A stretch of 64,000 nt of DNA from Mustelus asterias (lineage: Eukaryota): NCBI RefSeq assembly GCF_964213995.1, contig NW_027590217.1, positions 372,001 to 436,000 of the forward strand, given 5' to 3'. This document shows, in pieces, positions 1-11,796 of this stretch. The notes below the pieces were generated by a model. The model had not been told where the DNA came from, searched no databases, and worked only from the letters and a program-made list of their open reading frames with translations. A program made the position numbers and the translations under genes. Numbering within the stretch: position 1 is the first letter of the stretch; each line of letters opens with the position of its first letter.

Positions 1-15
1 TGGACAGGGAATTAG

Positions 16-2490
16 AACAAAGAACAATACAGCACAGGAACAGGCCCTTCGGCCCTCCAAGCCCGTGCCGCTCCCTGGTCCAAACTAGACCATTCTTTTG
101 TATCCCTCCATTCCCACTCCGTTCATATGGCTGTGTAGATAAATCTTAAAGGTTCCCAGTGTTTCCGCCTCCACCACCTTGCCTGGCAGCGCATTCCAGG
201 CCCCCACCACCATCTGTGTAAAATATGTCCTTCTGATATCTGTGTTAAACCTTCCCCCCTTCACCTTGAACCTATGACCCTTCGTGAACGTCACCACCGA
301 CCTGGGGAAAAGCTTCCCACCGTTCACCCTATCTATGCCTTTCATAATTTTATACACCTCTATTAAGTCTCCCCTCATTCCCCGTCTTTCCAGGGAGAAC
401 AACCCCAGTTTACCCAATCTCTCCTCATAACTAAGCCCCTCCATACCAGGCAACATCCTGGTAAACCTCCTCTGTATTCTCTCCAAAACCTCCACGTCCT
501 TCTGGTAGTGTGGCGACCAGAACTGGACGCAGTATTCCAAATGCGGCCGAACCAACGTTCTATACATCTGCAACATCAGATCCCAACTTTTATACTCTAT
601 GCCCCGTCCTATAAAGGCAAGCATGCCATATGCCTTCTTCACCACCTTCTCCACCTGTGACGTCACCTTCAAGGATCTGTGGACTTGCACACCCAGGTCC
701 CTCTGCGTATCTACACCCTTTATGGTTCTGCCATTTATCGTATAGCTCCTCCCTACATTATTTCTACCAAAATGCATCACTTCGCATTGATCAGGATTGA
801 ACTCCATCTGCCATTTCTTTGCCCAAATTTCCAGCCTATCTATATCCTTCTGTAGCTTCTGACAATGCTCCTCACAATCTGCAAGTCCTGCCAATTTTGT
901 GTCGTCCGCAAACTTACTGATCACCCCAGTTACACCTTCTTCCAGATCGTTTATATAAATCACAAACAGCAGAGGTCCCAATACAGAGCCCTGCGGAACA
1001 CCACTAGTCACAGGCCTCAAGCCGGAAAAAGACCCCTCCACTACCACCCTCTGTCTTCTGTGACCAAGCCAGTTCTCCACCCATCTAGCCACCTCCCCCT
1101 TTATCCCATGAGATACAACCTTTTTCACCAGCCTACCATGAGGGACTTTGTCAAACGCTTTACTAAAGTCCATATAGACGACATCCACGGCCCTTCCCTC
1201 GTCAACCATTCTGGTCACTTCTTCAAAAAACTCCACCAGGTTAGTGAAGCATGACCTCCCTCTCACAAAACCATGCTGACTATTGTTAATGAGTTTATTC
1301 CTTTCTAAATGCGCATACATCCTATCTCTAAGAATCTTCTCCAACAACTTCCCCACCACGGATGTCAAGCTCATCGGCCTATAATTACCCGGGTTATCCT
1401 TCCTACCCTTCTTAAATAACGGGACCACATTAGCTATCTTCCAATCCTCTGGGACCTCACCTGCGTCCAGTGACGAGACAAAGATGAGTGTCAGAGGCCC
1501 AGCGATTTCATCTCTCGTCTCCCTGAGCAGCCTTGGATAGATTCCATCAGGCCCTGGGGATTTGTCAGTCTTTATATTCTCTAACAAACCTAACACTTCC
1601 TCCCTTGTAATGGAGATTTTCTCCAACGGTTCAACACTCCCCTCCGAGACACTCCCAGTCAACACATCCCTCTCCTTTGTGAATACCGACGCAAAGTATT
1701 CATTTCGGATCTCCCCTACTTCTTTGGGCTCCAAGCATAATTCCTCACTTTTGTCCCTGAGAGGTCCGATTTTTGTTCCGAACGTATGAATAAAATGCCT
1801 TGGGATTCTCCTTAATCCTGTCTGCCAAGGACATTTCGTAACCCCTTTTTGCCCTTCTAATTCCCCGTTTGAGTTCTTTCCTACTTTCTTTGTACTCCTC
1901 CAGAGCTCCCTCCGTTTTTAGCTGCCTGGACCTAACATACGCCTCTCTTTTCTTTTTGACCAGTCCCTCAATTTCCCTGGATATCCACGGTTCTCGAATC
2001 CTACCCTTCCTATCCTTTTTTACAGGCACATGCCTGTCCTGTAGCCCTAACAACTGTTCCTTAAAAGACTCCCACATGCCAGATGCGGATTTACCCTCAA
2101 ACAGCCTCTCCCAATCAACAGCTGTCAATTTCTGCCTAATCCCACTAAAGTTAGCCTTCCCCCAATCCAACACCTTACCCTTGGGACACCACTCATCCTT
2201 TTCCATCACTATCCTAAAGCTAACAGAATTGTGGTCACTATTTGCCACATGTTCCCCTACCGAAACTTTGAAGACCTGACCGGGCTCATTCCCCAGTACT
2301 AGGTCCAGTATAGCCCCCTCTCTAGTCGGGCTATCTACATATTGTTTCAAAGAACCCTCCTGTACGCATTTTACAAATTCCTCCCCATTCAGAGTGCCAG
2401 CTCTCAGCGATTTCCAGTCTATACCAGGGAAATTGAAGTCTCCCACTACAACAACCCTGTTTTTCCTGCACCTATCCAGTATCTCCTAAC
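16..2490 (-). mobile_element. CR1 LINE, 5'-truncated ORF2 (APE end + RT), frameshifted
   Basis: ORFs 1745-2446 (GDFN...SDHN) and 85-1734 ([18 protein letters not shown]); TTG/TTC-type 3' tail. Confidence 0.95.
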
Positions 2491-2494
2491 TAGA

Positions 2495-2970
2495 TGTTAT
2501 TCTGGGACATGGACACTAAAGGACTGGGAATCTGACCTTATTCTGGGACATGGACACTAAAGGACAGAGATTGCGACTTATTTCCAAATTCTTATGTTCC
2601 TATTCCAGACCCTGAACACTAAAGGACTGGGAATCTGAGCTTATTCTGGGACACAAACATGAAAGGACTGGGAAACTGAGCTTATTCTGGGACATGGACA
2701 CTAAAGAACAGGGAATCCGACCTTATTCTGGGATATGGACACTAATGGACAGGGAATCCGGCCTTAATCTGGGACTTGGATATGAAAGAACAGGAAATCT
2801 GACCTTATTTTGGCAGAGGGACACTTAAGGACAGGGCATCTGATGTTATTCTGGGACTTGGACACTAAAGGACTGGGAATCTGACCTTAGTCAGGGACTT
2901 GGACACTAAAGGACTGGGAATCTGACCTTAGTCAGGGACTTGGACACTAAAGGACTGGGAATCTGACCAC
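2495..2970. repeat. 41-bp minisatellite, about 11 diverged copies
   Basis: Unit TTATTCTGGGACATGGACACTAAAGGACTGGGAATCTGACC. Confidence 0.9.
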
Positions 2971-3174
2971 TCGGGTGAATCGAAGCCCCCAGATCAGGTG
3001 AAGTGAAAAGCTTAAAATGCCAGTAGTTTGTTGCCATTCAACTGTGTGTGTGTTTGTAACCTAATGATTGGAATTAGAGAGTTGGAGAATAAGATGTGGG
3101 GATCAATTGGAGATAAACCCTGGCTTTATAGTGTGTGTTTGTTATCATTGAATTGAAAATTAAAGTCTGGTCAC

Positions 3175-3317
3175 CTTGACGACAGTAACAAAGGTGCTGT
3201 AGAGGAAACTGAGAATAAACAGAATGGCAAAGGCAGCAACTGTCAGTGCGTTGTCATCTCCCTCCAAGTCTCCCATTTCTTCCTTTCCTTCCTCTCCTGT
3301 CTCATCTGGAGGTTTCT
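3175..3317 (-). CDS. IgW: IgW transmembrane exon TM1
   Basis: tttttctttgtttcag|AG...AAG|gtgacc; EKPPDETGEEGKEEMGDLEGDDNALTVAAFAILFILSFLYSTFVTVVK: acidic spacer plus a hydrophobic helix with the antigen-receptor TM (CART-like) motif F-x-L-S-x-x-YST. Confidence 0.93.
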
Positions 3318-3426
3318 CTGAAACAAAGAAAAATCGGAGCTGTTAAAGTTCACATCAAGGTCCCCAAGATCTCAACAGTTTGACGGTAACACAGCGAAGG
3401 AGGGGACGACAGTGGAGCAGCGGGGG

Positions 3427-3790
3427 AGAGGGAGGCGATGGCCTCGTGGTATTATCGCCAGACTATTCAACCAGAAACTCAGCTAATATTCTGGGGACCC
3501 GGCTTCGAATCCCGCCACAGCAGATGGTGGAATTTGAATTCAATAAAAAGTATCTGGAATTAGAGTCGACCAATGATCATGAAACCATTGTCGATTGTTG
3601 TAAAAAAAACCCATCTGGTTCACCAATATCCTTTAGGGAAGGAAATCTGCCGTCCTTACCCGGTCTGGCCTACATGTGACTCCAGAGCCACAGCAATGTG
3701 GTTGATTCAACTGCCCTTGGGCAACTAGGGCTGGGCAATAAATGCTGGCCAGCCAGCGACGCCCATGTCCCACAAATCAATAAAGGAAAA
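3427..3790 (+). mobile_element. tRNA-derived SINE (second family; related copies at 17150-17492 on minus and 44020-44460)
   Basis: A/B-box-like head (TGGCCTCGTGG...TTCGAATCC) and a body shared among dispersed copies. Confidence 0.7.
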
Positions 3791-4660
3791 GCACTGGGAG
3801 CAGTGAATCATTAGAAACTCTAATTAGAAACTTCTCGACCTGTCTCTCTCTCTGATTCTGTCTCCCTCTTTGTCTTTCTCCCTCTCACACTGTCTTCCCT
3901 CTACCCCCAGGAATTCTGTTCTCTTGTTTCACTGTCACTCTCACACTTTCTCTCTGTCATACTCTCTTTGTCTCCAAAACACCCATTGACCTGCAGGGAG
4001 CACTCTGAGATTATCCCCACAACCAGGATGAGATTCCTTTCACTTCAAGTATTTCTTTCTTTTTGATTTGCTGCTTCTATTTAATATTTCAGTTGACCCA
4101 ATATTTTCTGAGGCGACATTAGATGAACTTGTGCAGTCACCAGATACGACACTGACCTTATCTGCTCAGTGACACAAATTCCTGTGAGTGGTGATGTGAG
4201 AGAATGAGGGACCAAATGGGTTCTGAAAGCCTGCAGTTCATGGATTGATGTGATGGGGTTTTGTGGATAACATTTCCACCTCTGGCTCAGAAAATTGTGG
4301 GTTTGAGTTTCACTCCAGAGACTAGAGTGCATCATTCAGGCGGGCACTCGGATGCAGGACTGAGAAAGTGCTGCAGTGTCGGAGGTGCCGCCTTTCGAAT
4401 GAGATGTTAAGCGATGGCCCTCAGGCTGATGTTAATGTGTAAATGATCCACAACACGACTGGAAGAAGAGCAGGAAGTTCCCTGCAGTGTTCTGAGCCGG
4501 ACAACATCCATCTTTCAACCTCAACACCCAAAACCAGATGATCCGGTCATTCTCACAGTTCTCACTGTGGGAACTTACTGAGCGCAAATTGAAATGGGTA
4601 AACCGAGAAAGACCAAAGCCAACCTAACATTAGTATGGTAGAATGATGATGGAGTTGTTT

Positions 4661-4968
4661 TAAAGTTTATTTATTAGTATCACAAGTAGGCTTACATTCA
4701 CGCTACAATGAAGTTACTGTGAAAATCCCCTCCTCGCCACACTCTGGCGCCTGTTCGGGTTACACTGAGGGAGAATTTAGCATGGCCAATGCACCTAACC
4801 AGCGTGTGTTTTGGACTGTGGGAGGAAACCGGAGCACCCGGAGGAAACCCACGCAGACACGGGGAGAACGTGCAGACTCCGCACAGACAGTGACCCAAGC
4901 TGGGGATTGAACCCAGGTCCCTAGCGCTGCGAGGCAGCAGTGCTCACCGCTGTGCCACCGTGCCGCCC
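4661..4968 (-). mobile_element. HE1/V-SINE-like tRNA-derived SINE
   Basis: Head GGGCGGCACGGTGGCACAG...GGTTCAATCCC; core GGGTTTCCTCCGGGTGCTCCGGTTTCCTCCCACAGTCC. Confidence 0.85.
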
Positions 4969-5126
4969 TGTTGTGGGCCATTCATCGCAACTGGTCTCCG
5001 ATTAATCAGTGCACAATAAACCCAGACTTGAAGTGAGGAAATCCCAATGGGAAAATTGAAAACCTCAGGTCCAAGGACTCTGCTGGTCGCAAGCACGTTA
5101 CACACCACACCTCATGTCTTAAGTTA

Positions 5127-5415
5127 GGGCGGCACAGGGGTTAGCACTGCTACCTCACAGCGCCGGGGACCCGGGTTCGATTCCCAGCTTGGGTCACTGT
5201 CTGCATGTTCTCCCCGTGTCTGCGTGGGTTTCCTCCGGGTGCTCCGGTTTCCTCCCACAGTCCAAAACACGCGCTGGTTAGGTGCATTGGCCATGCTAAA
5301 TTCTCCCTCAGCGTACCCAAACATGCACTGGAGTGTGGCGACCAGGGGACTTTCACAATAACTTCATTGCAGTGTTAATGTCAGCCTACTTGTGACACTC
5401 ATAAATAAACTTTAA
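5127..5415 (+). mobile_element. HE1/V-SINE-like SINE (further copies at about 8958-9250+, 28030-28387-, 29054-29345+, 35668-35958+, and 58200-59380+ split)
   Basis: Same head and core as 4661-4968, in the opposite orientation. Confidence 0.85.
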
Positions 5416-5487
5416 GTTTGACTCATTTACTGTTTCTGAAAACGCACCAACGATGAAGACTCAAAACTGAAACCTTTTCACATCACG

Positions 5488-5493
5488 TTTATT
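5488..5493 (-). terminator. Poly(A) signal of secreted long IgW
   Basis: AATAAA about 330 nt after the stop, followed by GT/T-rich sequence. Confidence 0.7.
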
Positions 5494-5820
5494 GAAACTG
5501 GATCAGGACATTGACATTTTGCCACATACAATTAACCCTTTGTGGGATCTCAGACAGCTTTCACACTCGATCAAACGCAGCAGAAAAATATTGCAAAGGG
5601 AACTCAGGACCTTCAGACATTTGGAGAAAAGGACGTTCGGTGTCTGATTCAATCACCAAATAGTTTTTTTTTCTCAATTATTGAGCAAGGTCAGATTTTG
5701 TTGCCGTTTTCTGTGACCTGTCACCAGAAGAGAGATGTTCTTGTGATCACAACAATCCTCTGGCTGCGTTAACCATCCATTCACAAGGATTATATAAATG
5801 GCTGATTAAATCGCCAGATG

Positions 5821-6203
5821 TTATGAGCAGGATTTATAGCTCTCGGTCAGGACAAGTGACACATTGACCAGGGTGGGTTTGCTGTGAGATTTATTAATGC
5901 TCCTGAACAGGTTTGTTGTGACTGACTCATGTCCCACCACACAGGAGTAAGTGGTGCCGCTGTTCCACTCGTCCGCAGAGACTGTCAGCTGACTGCCCGA
6001 GTTCCAGCCGCTGCGGCCGTCCTCGGTCACCGGCTGGTTCACGAATCCTGATTTCAGGAGAGTGTCGTTGGCCATCCAGGCCAGGTAGATTTCTGCGGGG
6101 GAGAATCCGGTCACCAGGCACACCAGGGTCGCAGTCTGATCCGTCTCCATCTCATCCGACGAAGGGGGAAGGAGGTAGACTTGAGGCTGAGTCTTAACCT
6201 CAA
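5821..6203 (-). CDS. IgW: IgW CH6 exon plus long-form secretory tailpiece
   Basis: tctttttccag|TT; QPQVYLLPP...ATLVCLVTGFSP...YSCVVGHE, then KPTLVNVSLVLTESYKSCS* (NVS sequon, penultimate Cys). Six CH domains plus a CH1-type first domain indicate IgW rather than IgM or IgNAR. Confidence 0.96.
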
Positions 6204-6337
6204 CTGGAAAAAGAGACAACATAGGTTAGACTGAGTCTTTCTCTCATCTTGTATTTACCCACTGACGCAAACCGGGTGAGGGAGACAGGGCGGCACGGTC
6301 GCACAGCGGGTTTCCATGCTGTAAACCTCTATGACTC

Positions 6338-8421
6338 TAAACAAAGAACCATACAGCACAGGAACAGGCCCTTCGGCCCTCCAAACCCGCACCGCTCCCT
6401 GGTCCAAACTAGACCATTCTTTTGTATCCCTCCATTCCCACTCCGTTCATGTGGCTATCCAGATAAGTCTTAAACGTTCCCAGTGTGTCCGCCTCCACCA
6501 CCTTGCCTGGCAGCGCATTCCAGGCCGCCACCACCCTCTGCGTAAAATACATCCTTCTGATATCCATGTTAAACCTCCTCCGCCTCACCTTGAACCTATG
6601 ACCCCTCGTGAACGTCACCACCAACCTGGGAAAAAGCTTCCCACCATTCACCCTATCTATGCCTTTCATAATTTTATACACCTCTATTAGGTCACCCCTC
6701 ATCCTCCGTCTTTCCAGTGAGAACAACCTCATTTTACCCAATCTCTCCTCATAACTAAGCCCTTCCATACCAGGCAACATCCTGGTAAACCTCCTCTTTA
6801 CTCTCTCTAAAGCCTCCACGTCTTTCCGGTAGTGTGGTGACCAGAACTGGGCGCAGTATTCCAAATGCGGCCGAACCAACGTTCTATACAACCGCAACAT
6901 CAGACCCCAACTTTTAAACTCTATGCCCCGTCCTAAAAAGGCAAGCATGCCATATGCCTTATTCACTACCTTCTCCACCTGTGACGTCACCTTCAAGGAT
7001 CTGTGGACTTGCACACCCAGGTCCCTCTGCGTATCTATACCCTTAATGGTTCTGCCATTTATCGTATAGCTCCCCCGTACATTAGTTCTACCAAAATGCA
7101 TCACTTCGCATTTATCTGGATTGAACTCCATCTGCCATTTCTTTGCCCAAATTTCCAGCCTATCTATATCCTTCTGTAACCTCTGACAATGTTCCTCACT
7201 GTCTGCAAGTCCAGCCATTTTCGTGTCGTCCGCAAACTTGCTGATCACCCCAGTTACACCTTCTTCCAGATCGTTTATATAAATCACAAACAGCAGAGAT
7301 CCCAATACAGAGCCCTGCGGAACACCACTAGTCACAGGCATCCAGCCGGAAAAAGACCCTTCCACTACCACCCTCTGTCTTCTATGACCAAGCCAGTTCT
7401 CCACCCATCTAGCCACCTCCCCCTTTATGCCATGAGATCCAACCTTTTGCACCAACCTACCATGAGGGACTTTATCAAATGCCTTACTAAAGTCCATATA
7501 GACGACATCCACAGCCCTTCCCTCGTCAACCATTCTAGTCACTTCTTCAAAAAACTCCACCAGGTTAGTGAGGCATGACCTCCCTCTCACAAAACCATGC
7601 TGACTATCGTTAATGAGTTTATTCCTTTCTAAATGCGCATACATCCTATCTCTAAGAATCCTCTCCAACAACTTCCCTACCACGGACGTCAAGCTCACCG
7701 GCCTATAATTTCCCGGGTTATCCTTCCTACCACATTAGCTATCCTCCAATCCTCTGGGACCTCACCTGTGTCCAGTGACGAGACAAAGATTTGCGTCAGA
7801 GGCCCAGCGATTTCATCTCTCGTCTCCCTGAGCAGCCTTGGATAGATTCCATCAGGCCCTGGGGATTTGTCAGTCTTTATATTCCCTCAAAGACCTAACA
7901 CTTCCTCCCTTGTAATGGAGATTTTCTCTAACGGGTCAACACTCCCCTCCGAGACACTCCCAGCCAACACATCCCTCCTTTGTGAATACCGACACAAAGT
8001 ATTCATTTAGGATCTCCCCTACTTCTTTGGGCTCGAAGCATAATTCCCCACTTTTGTCCCTGAGAGGTCCAATTTTTTCCCTGACAACCCTTTTGTTCCT
8101 AACGTATGAATAAAATGCCTTGGGATTCTCCTTAATCCTGTCTGCCAAGGACATTTTGTGACCCCTTTTTGCCCTTCTAATTCCTCGTTTGAATTCTTTC
8201 CTACTTTCTTTGTATTCCTCCAGAGCTCCCTCCGTTTTTAGCTGCCTGGGGCCTAACGTACGCCACTCTTTTCTTTTTGACCAGTCCCTCAATTTCCCTG
8301 GTTATCCACGGTTCTCGAATCCTACCCTTCCTATCCTTTTTTACAGGCACATGCCTATCCTGCAGCCCTAACAACTGTTCCTTAAAAGACTCCCACATGC
8401 CAGATGTGTATTACCCTCAAA
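6338..8421 (-). mobile_element. CR1 LINE in the CH5-CH6 intron (same young family as 16-2490)
   Basis: RT ORF 6409-7698 plus frameshifted upstream pieces; 5' end about 28 nt from the CH5 donor. Confidence 0.95.
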
Positions 8422-8449
8422 CTCTATGACTAATTCCATCCACACGTAC

Positions 8450-8770
8450 CTTGGGCTTTCCTGATTGACCTCTTCCCCGGCGTGGGCAAACTCTTGTCCT
8501 CCACCGAACACAAATACTTGACCCCGCTCTCCCACTCTGCGGCAGGGACCATCAGACTGCTGAAGATCACGTCTCTGTCTCCATTTCTCTTGGGACTCTG
8601 AGTCTTCACTCCATCTACTCTCTCAATTCCATCCACCAGCCAGGTCACCCTGGCTTCCTCCAAATCACCATGCAGTATCTCACAAAGAATAGTGGCCGTC
8701 CTGTTTCTCCAGATCTCTTCGAAAGGAGGCTTCCTTAAGGTGACTGAGATCCCAGTGTCCAAACACTCAC
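8450..8770 (-). CDS. IgW: IgW CH5 exon
   Basis: ttctcacccag|GT...CAAG|gtacgt; 321 nt; GECLDTGISVTLRKPPFEEIWRNRTATILC...AAEWESGVKYLCSV. Paralogous to CH3. Confidence 0.93.
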
Positions 8771-9251
8771 CTGGGTGAGAAATTACAATGATTATTTCAT
8801 GATTCCCCAATGGGATGTGGACGTGGCTTTGCAAGGCCGGCGTTTCATGCCTGGCGTCACAGGTACAATAGTGGCTCACAGGGCTCTTTCACAGGGCACT
8901 TATGAGGCAACCACATTGGTTTATGCCTGGAGCCACATCTGAGGCAGACAGGGTCAGGGCAGTAGGCACAGCGGCGCAGTGGTTAGCACTGCTGCCTCAC
9001 AGCGCCAGGGACCCAGGTTCAAATCCGGCCTCCGGTCACTGTGTGGAGTCTGCACGTTCTCCCCGTGCCTACGTGGGTTTCCTCCGGGTGCTCCGGTTTC
9101 CTCCCGCAGTCCAAAGACGTGCTGGCTAGGTGGGTTGGCCGTGCTAAATTGACCTTCGTGTTAGGGGGATCAGCAGGGTAAATATGTGGGGTTACAGGAA
9201 TGGGGCCTGGGTGGGATTGTGGTCGGTATAGACTCGATGGGCCGAATGGCC

Positions 9252-9805
9252 TCAAAGAACAAAGAACATTACAGCACAGGAACAGGCCCTTTGGCCCTCC
9301 ACGCCTGCACCGACCATGGTGCCCCGACTGAAATAAAACCCCCTACCCTTCCGGGGACCATATCCCTCCGTTCCCATCCTATTCATGTATTTGTCAAGAT
9401 GCCCCTTAAAAGTCACGATCGTATCTGCTTCCACTCCCTCCCCCGGCAGTGAGTTCCAGGCACCCACCCACCCTCTGTGTAAAAACTGCCTCGTACATCT
9501 CCTTTCAACCTTGCCCCTCGCACCTTAAACCTGTGCCCCCTAGTAATTGACTCTTCCACCCTGGGGAAATAGCTTCTGACTATCCACTCTGTCCATGCCT
9601 CTCATAATCTTGTAGACTTCTATCAGGTCGCCCCTCAACCTCCGTCATTCCAGTGAGAGCAAACCAAGTTTCTCCAGCCTCTCCTCATAATTAATGCCCT
9701 CCATACCAGGCAACATCCTGGTAAATCTTTTCTGTCCCCTCTCCAAAGCCTCCACATCCTTCTGGTAGTGTGGCGACCAGAATTGAACACTATATTCCAA
9801 GTGCC
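9252..9805 (-). mobile_element. CR1 3' fragment nested in a SINE
   Basis: Encodes ...AWNSLP...FKGHLDKYM, the ORF2 C-terminus. Confidence 0.85.
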
Positions 9806-10279
9806 TCCTTCTGTGCTGTAGGGATTCTAATCTATAATCCTTCCTGAAAGGAACATTAACAAACCGGTTGGGTTTTTAACGACAATATAACAGCTTCTGG
9901 TTTACTGATGCCAGCGTTTAATTTCCAATTTTTGCTTTCTAAAACCGAATTCAGATTCTCAAGCTGTCTTGGATTTGAACTTAGTCCTCTGGATCATTAA
10001 TTGGCTGTGTCAACCTTGGCGCGTTAGCCGGGCTGCCTCCTCTACATTGCTGCATGTTCAAGCCCCATGACAGATACTTGAGTACATGAGCAAGAATGGC
10101 CAACCAGTACTGAGGGAACTCTGCACTGTTTGCAGTGCCATCTTTCAGAAAGAGACCTGAAACCAAGGCCCCTTCTCAGGCTGAAGAAACAGATCCGATT
10201 GTCAGGGTTTTGAAGAAGGGGAAAGTAGTCAATATTTAGCAGATTACCTGATCGCCATATTGCGATGTTGGCGTGTCAG

Positions 10280-10795
10280 CCCCGACTCTCACCAACTTTT
10301 ACAGATGCACCATAGAAAGCATTCTTTCTGGTTGTATCACAGCTTGGTATGGTTCCTGCTCTGCCCAAGACCGCAAGGAATTACAAAAGGGTCGTGAATG
10401 TAGCCCAATCCATCACGTAAACCAGCCTCCCATCCATTGACTCTGTCTACACTTCCCACTGCCTCGGCAAAGCAGCCAGCATAATTAAGGACCCCATGCA
10501 TCCCGGACATTCTCTTTTCCACCTTCTTCCATTGGGAAAAAGATACAAAAGTCTGAGGTCACGTACCAACTGTCTCAAGAACAGCTTCTTCTCTGCTGCT
10601 GTTGGACTTTCGAATGGACCTACCTCACATTAAGTTGATCTTTCTTTCCACCCTAGTTATGACTGTAACACTACATCCTGCACTCTCTCCTTTCCTTCTC
10701 TATGAACAGTCTGCTTTGTCTGTGCAGTGTGCAAGGAACAATACTTTTCACTGTATACCAAGACATGTGACAATAATAAATCAAATCAAATCAAA
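10280..10795 (+). mobile_element. Rex1/Babar-like LINE 3' fragment (others at 34230-34925-, 55520-55830-, 56188-56730+, 59500-60355+, 63245-63985)
   Basis: Encodes TLTNFYRCTIESILSGCITAWYG; (TCAAA)n tail. Confidence 0.75.
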
Positions 10796-11085
10796 TTTCT
10801 CTCGGCAAATTAGCTGACATTTTCCTTGCCTTGAAGCTGTGTCTCCACCTGATGGAAAGTACTTTACTGGTCGTGAAACACATTGGAACATCATGAGGAT
10901 GTGAAAAGTACAACATTCATGCGATTGTTTCTTTCTGTGTTCAGGCCTCTGGATGACTGGCCCACGCAAACACCCACTGCATAAACACGCGGACATTGTC
11001 CGTGTTAAACTTCCTGACCCTCACAGAGTTTAAAGCTTCAGGGATAAACAGTGTTAATTTTGGAGTTGGAGCCCCAGGGTCATAC

Positions 11086-11403
11086 CTTGGATGTTCTTCA
11101 CTGTCTCGTTGCCGTTGGAGTGGGAGGGTGGGTGAGACACAGCGCAGGTGAAAGCTGAGCCTTTCCTCCACTCCACTGTACTCACAGTCAGGTAGTGCCT
11201 GACACTGAATGTCTCTGTCTGCTCCAGAGCGGTGAGCCCAGCACGAGTCTTGGAGGAGATGAGAACACCATCTTTCTCCCAGGTGACATTCACGAGGTCT
11301 GGGTAGAATCCAGTGATCAAACACTCGAGTGTGGCTGTGTTCTTACTCTTCATCTCTTCTTCTGTTGGGGGCAGCAGTCTAACTGTGGGACTTTTTGGCT
11401 TCA
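11086..11403 (-). CDS. IgW: IgW CH4 exon
   Basis: tttgttccag|TG...CAAG|gtatga; 318 nt, after a 90-nt intron; PTVRLLPP...ATLECLITGFYPDLVNVTW...FTCAVSH. Confidence 0.95.
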
Positions 11404-11493
11404 CTGGAACAAATGGGTAAACAATGGAAGTGTTAAACTTTTCCCCCTCAAGCTTACCAAAGTCAGATGATTAATTTCTGAATGTTTGCCCAC

Positions 11494-11796
11494 CTTTTGC
11501 TCTGCTTATCCGTTTCGACACCGGTGCAGACGAGGCAGCACCGTGGACGGAGCACACAAACTCCACCCCGCTCTCCCACTCCTCTGCACTGGTTCGAAGT
11601 TGGCTGACGATAATGTGCAGGCTCCCTTCCCCTGTGGGCGGACGAGTCAAAACTCCGTCACTTCTCCTCTTGTCGCTCACTTCCCAGAGGATCTGGATTG
11701 GGCTCGGATCAGAACAGACGACTGAGCACTCCAGGGTAGCCGTCTTGTTCATCCAAACCTCTCTGATGGAAGGATTTTGGATCAAGACAGACATTT
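11494..11796 (-). CDS. IgW: IgW CH3 exon
   Basis: cattcccag|AA...AAAG|gtgggc; 303 nt; EMSVLIQNPSIREVWMNKTATLECSVVC...SAEEWESGVEFVCSV. Confidence 0.94.

Noticed and set aside
2995-3006. CAG GTG AAG TGA (V-K-stop), resembling a TM2 exon
   Set aside because: It is on the plus strand, opposite to the gene, and lacks a polypyrimidine tract; likely chance.
4661-5415. tRNA genes
   Set aside because: The A/B-box-like heads belong to SINEs; there is no complete cloverleaf.
5890-5895. AATAAA inside CH6
   Set aside because: It encodes Asn-Lys about 70 nt before the stop; use would truncate the tail, and a proper signal exists at 5488.
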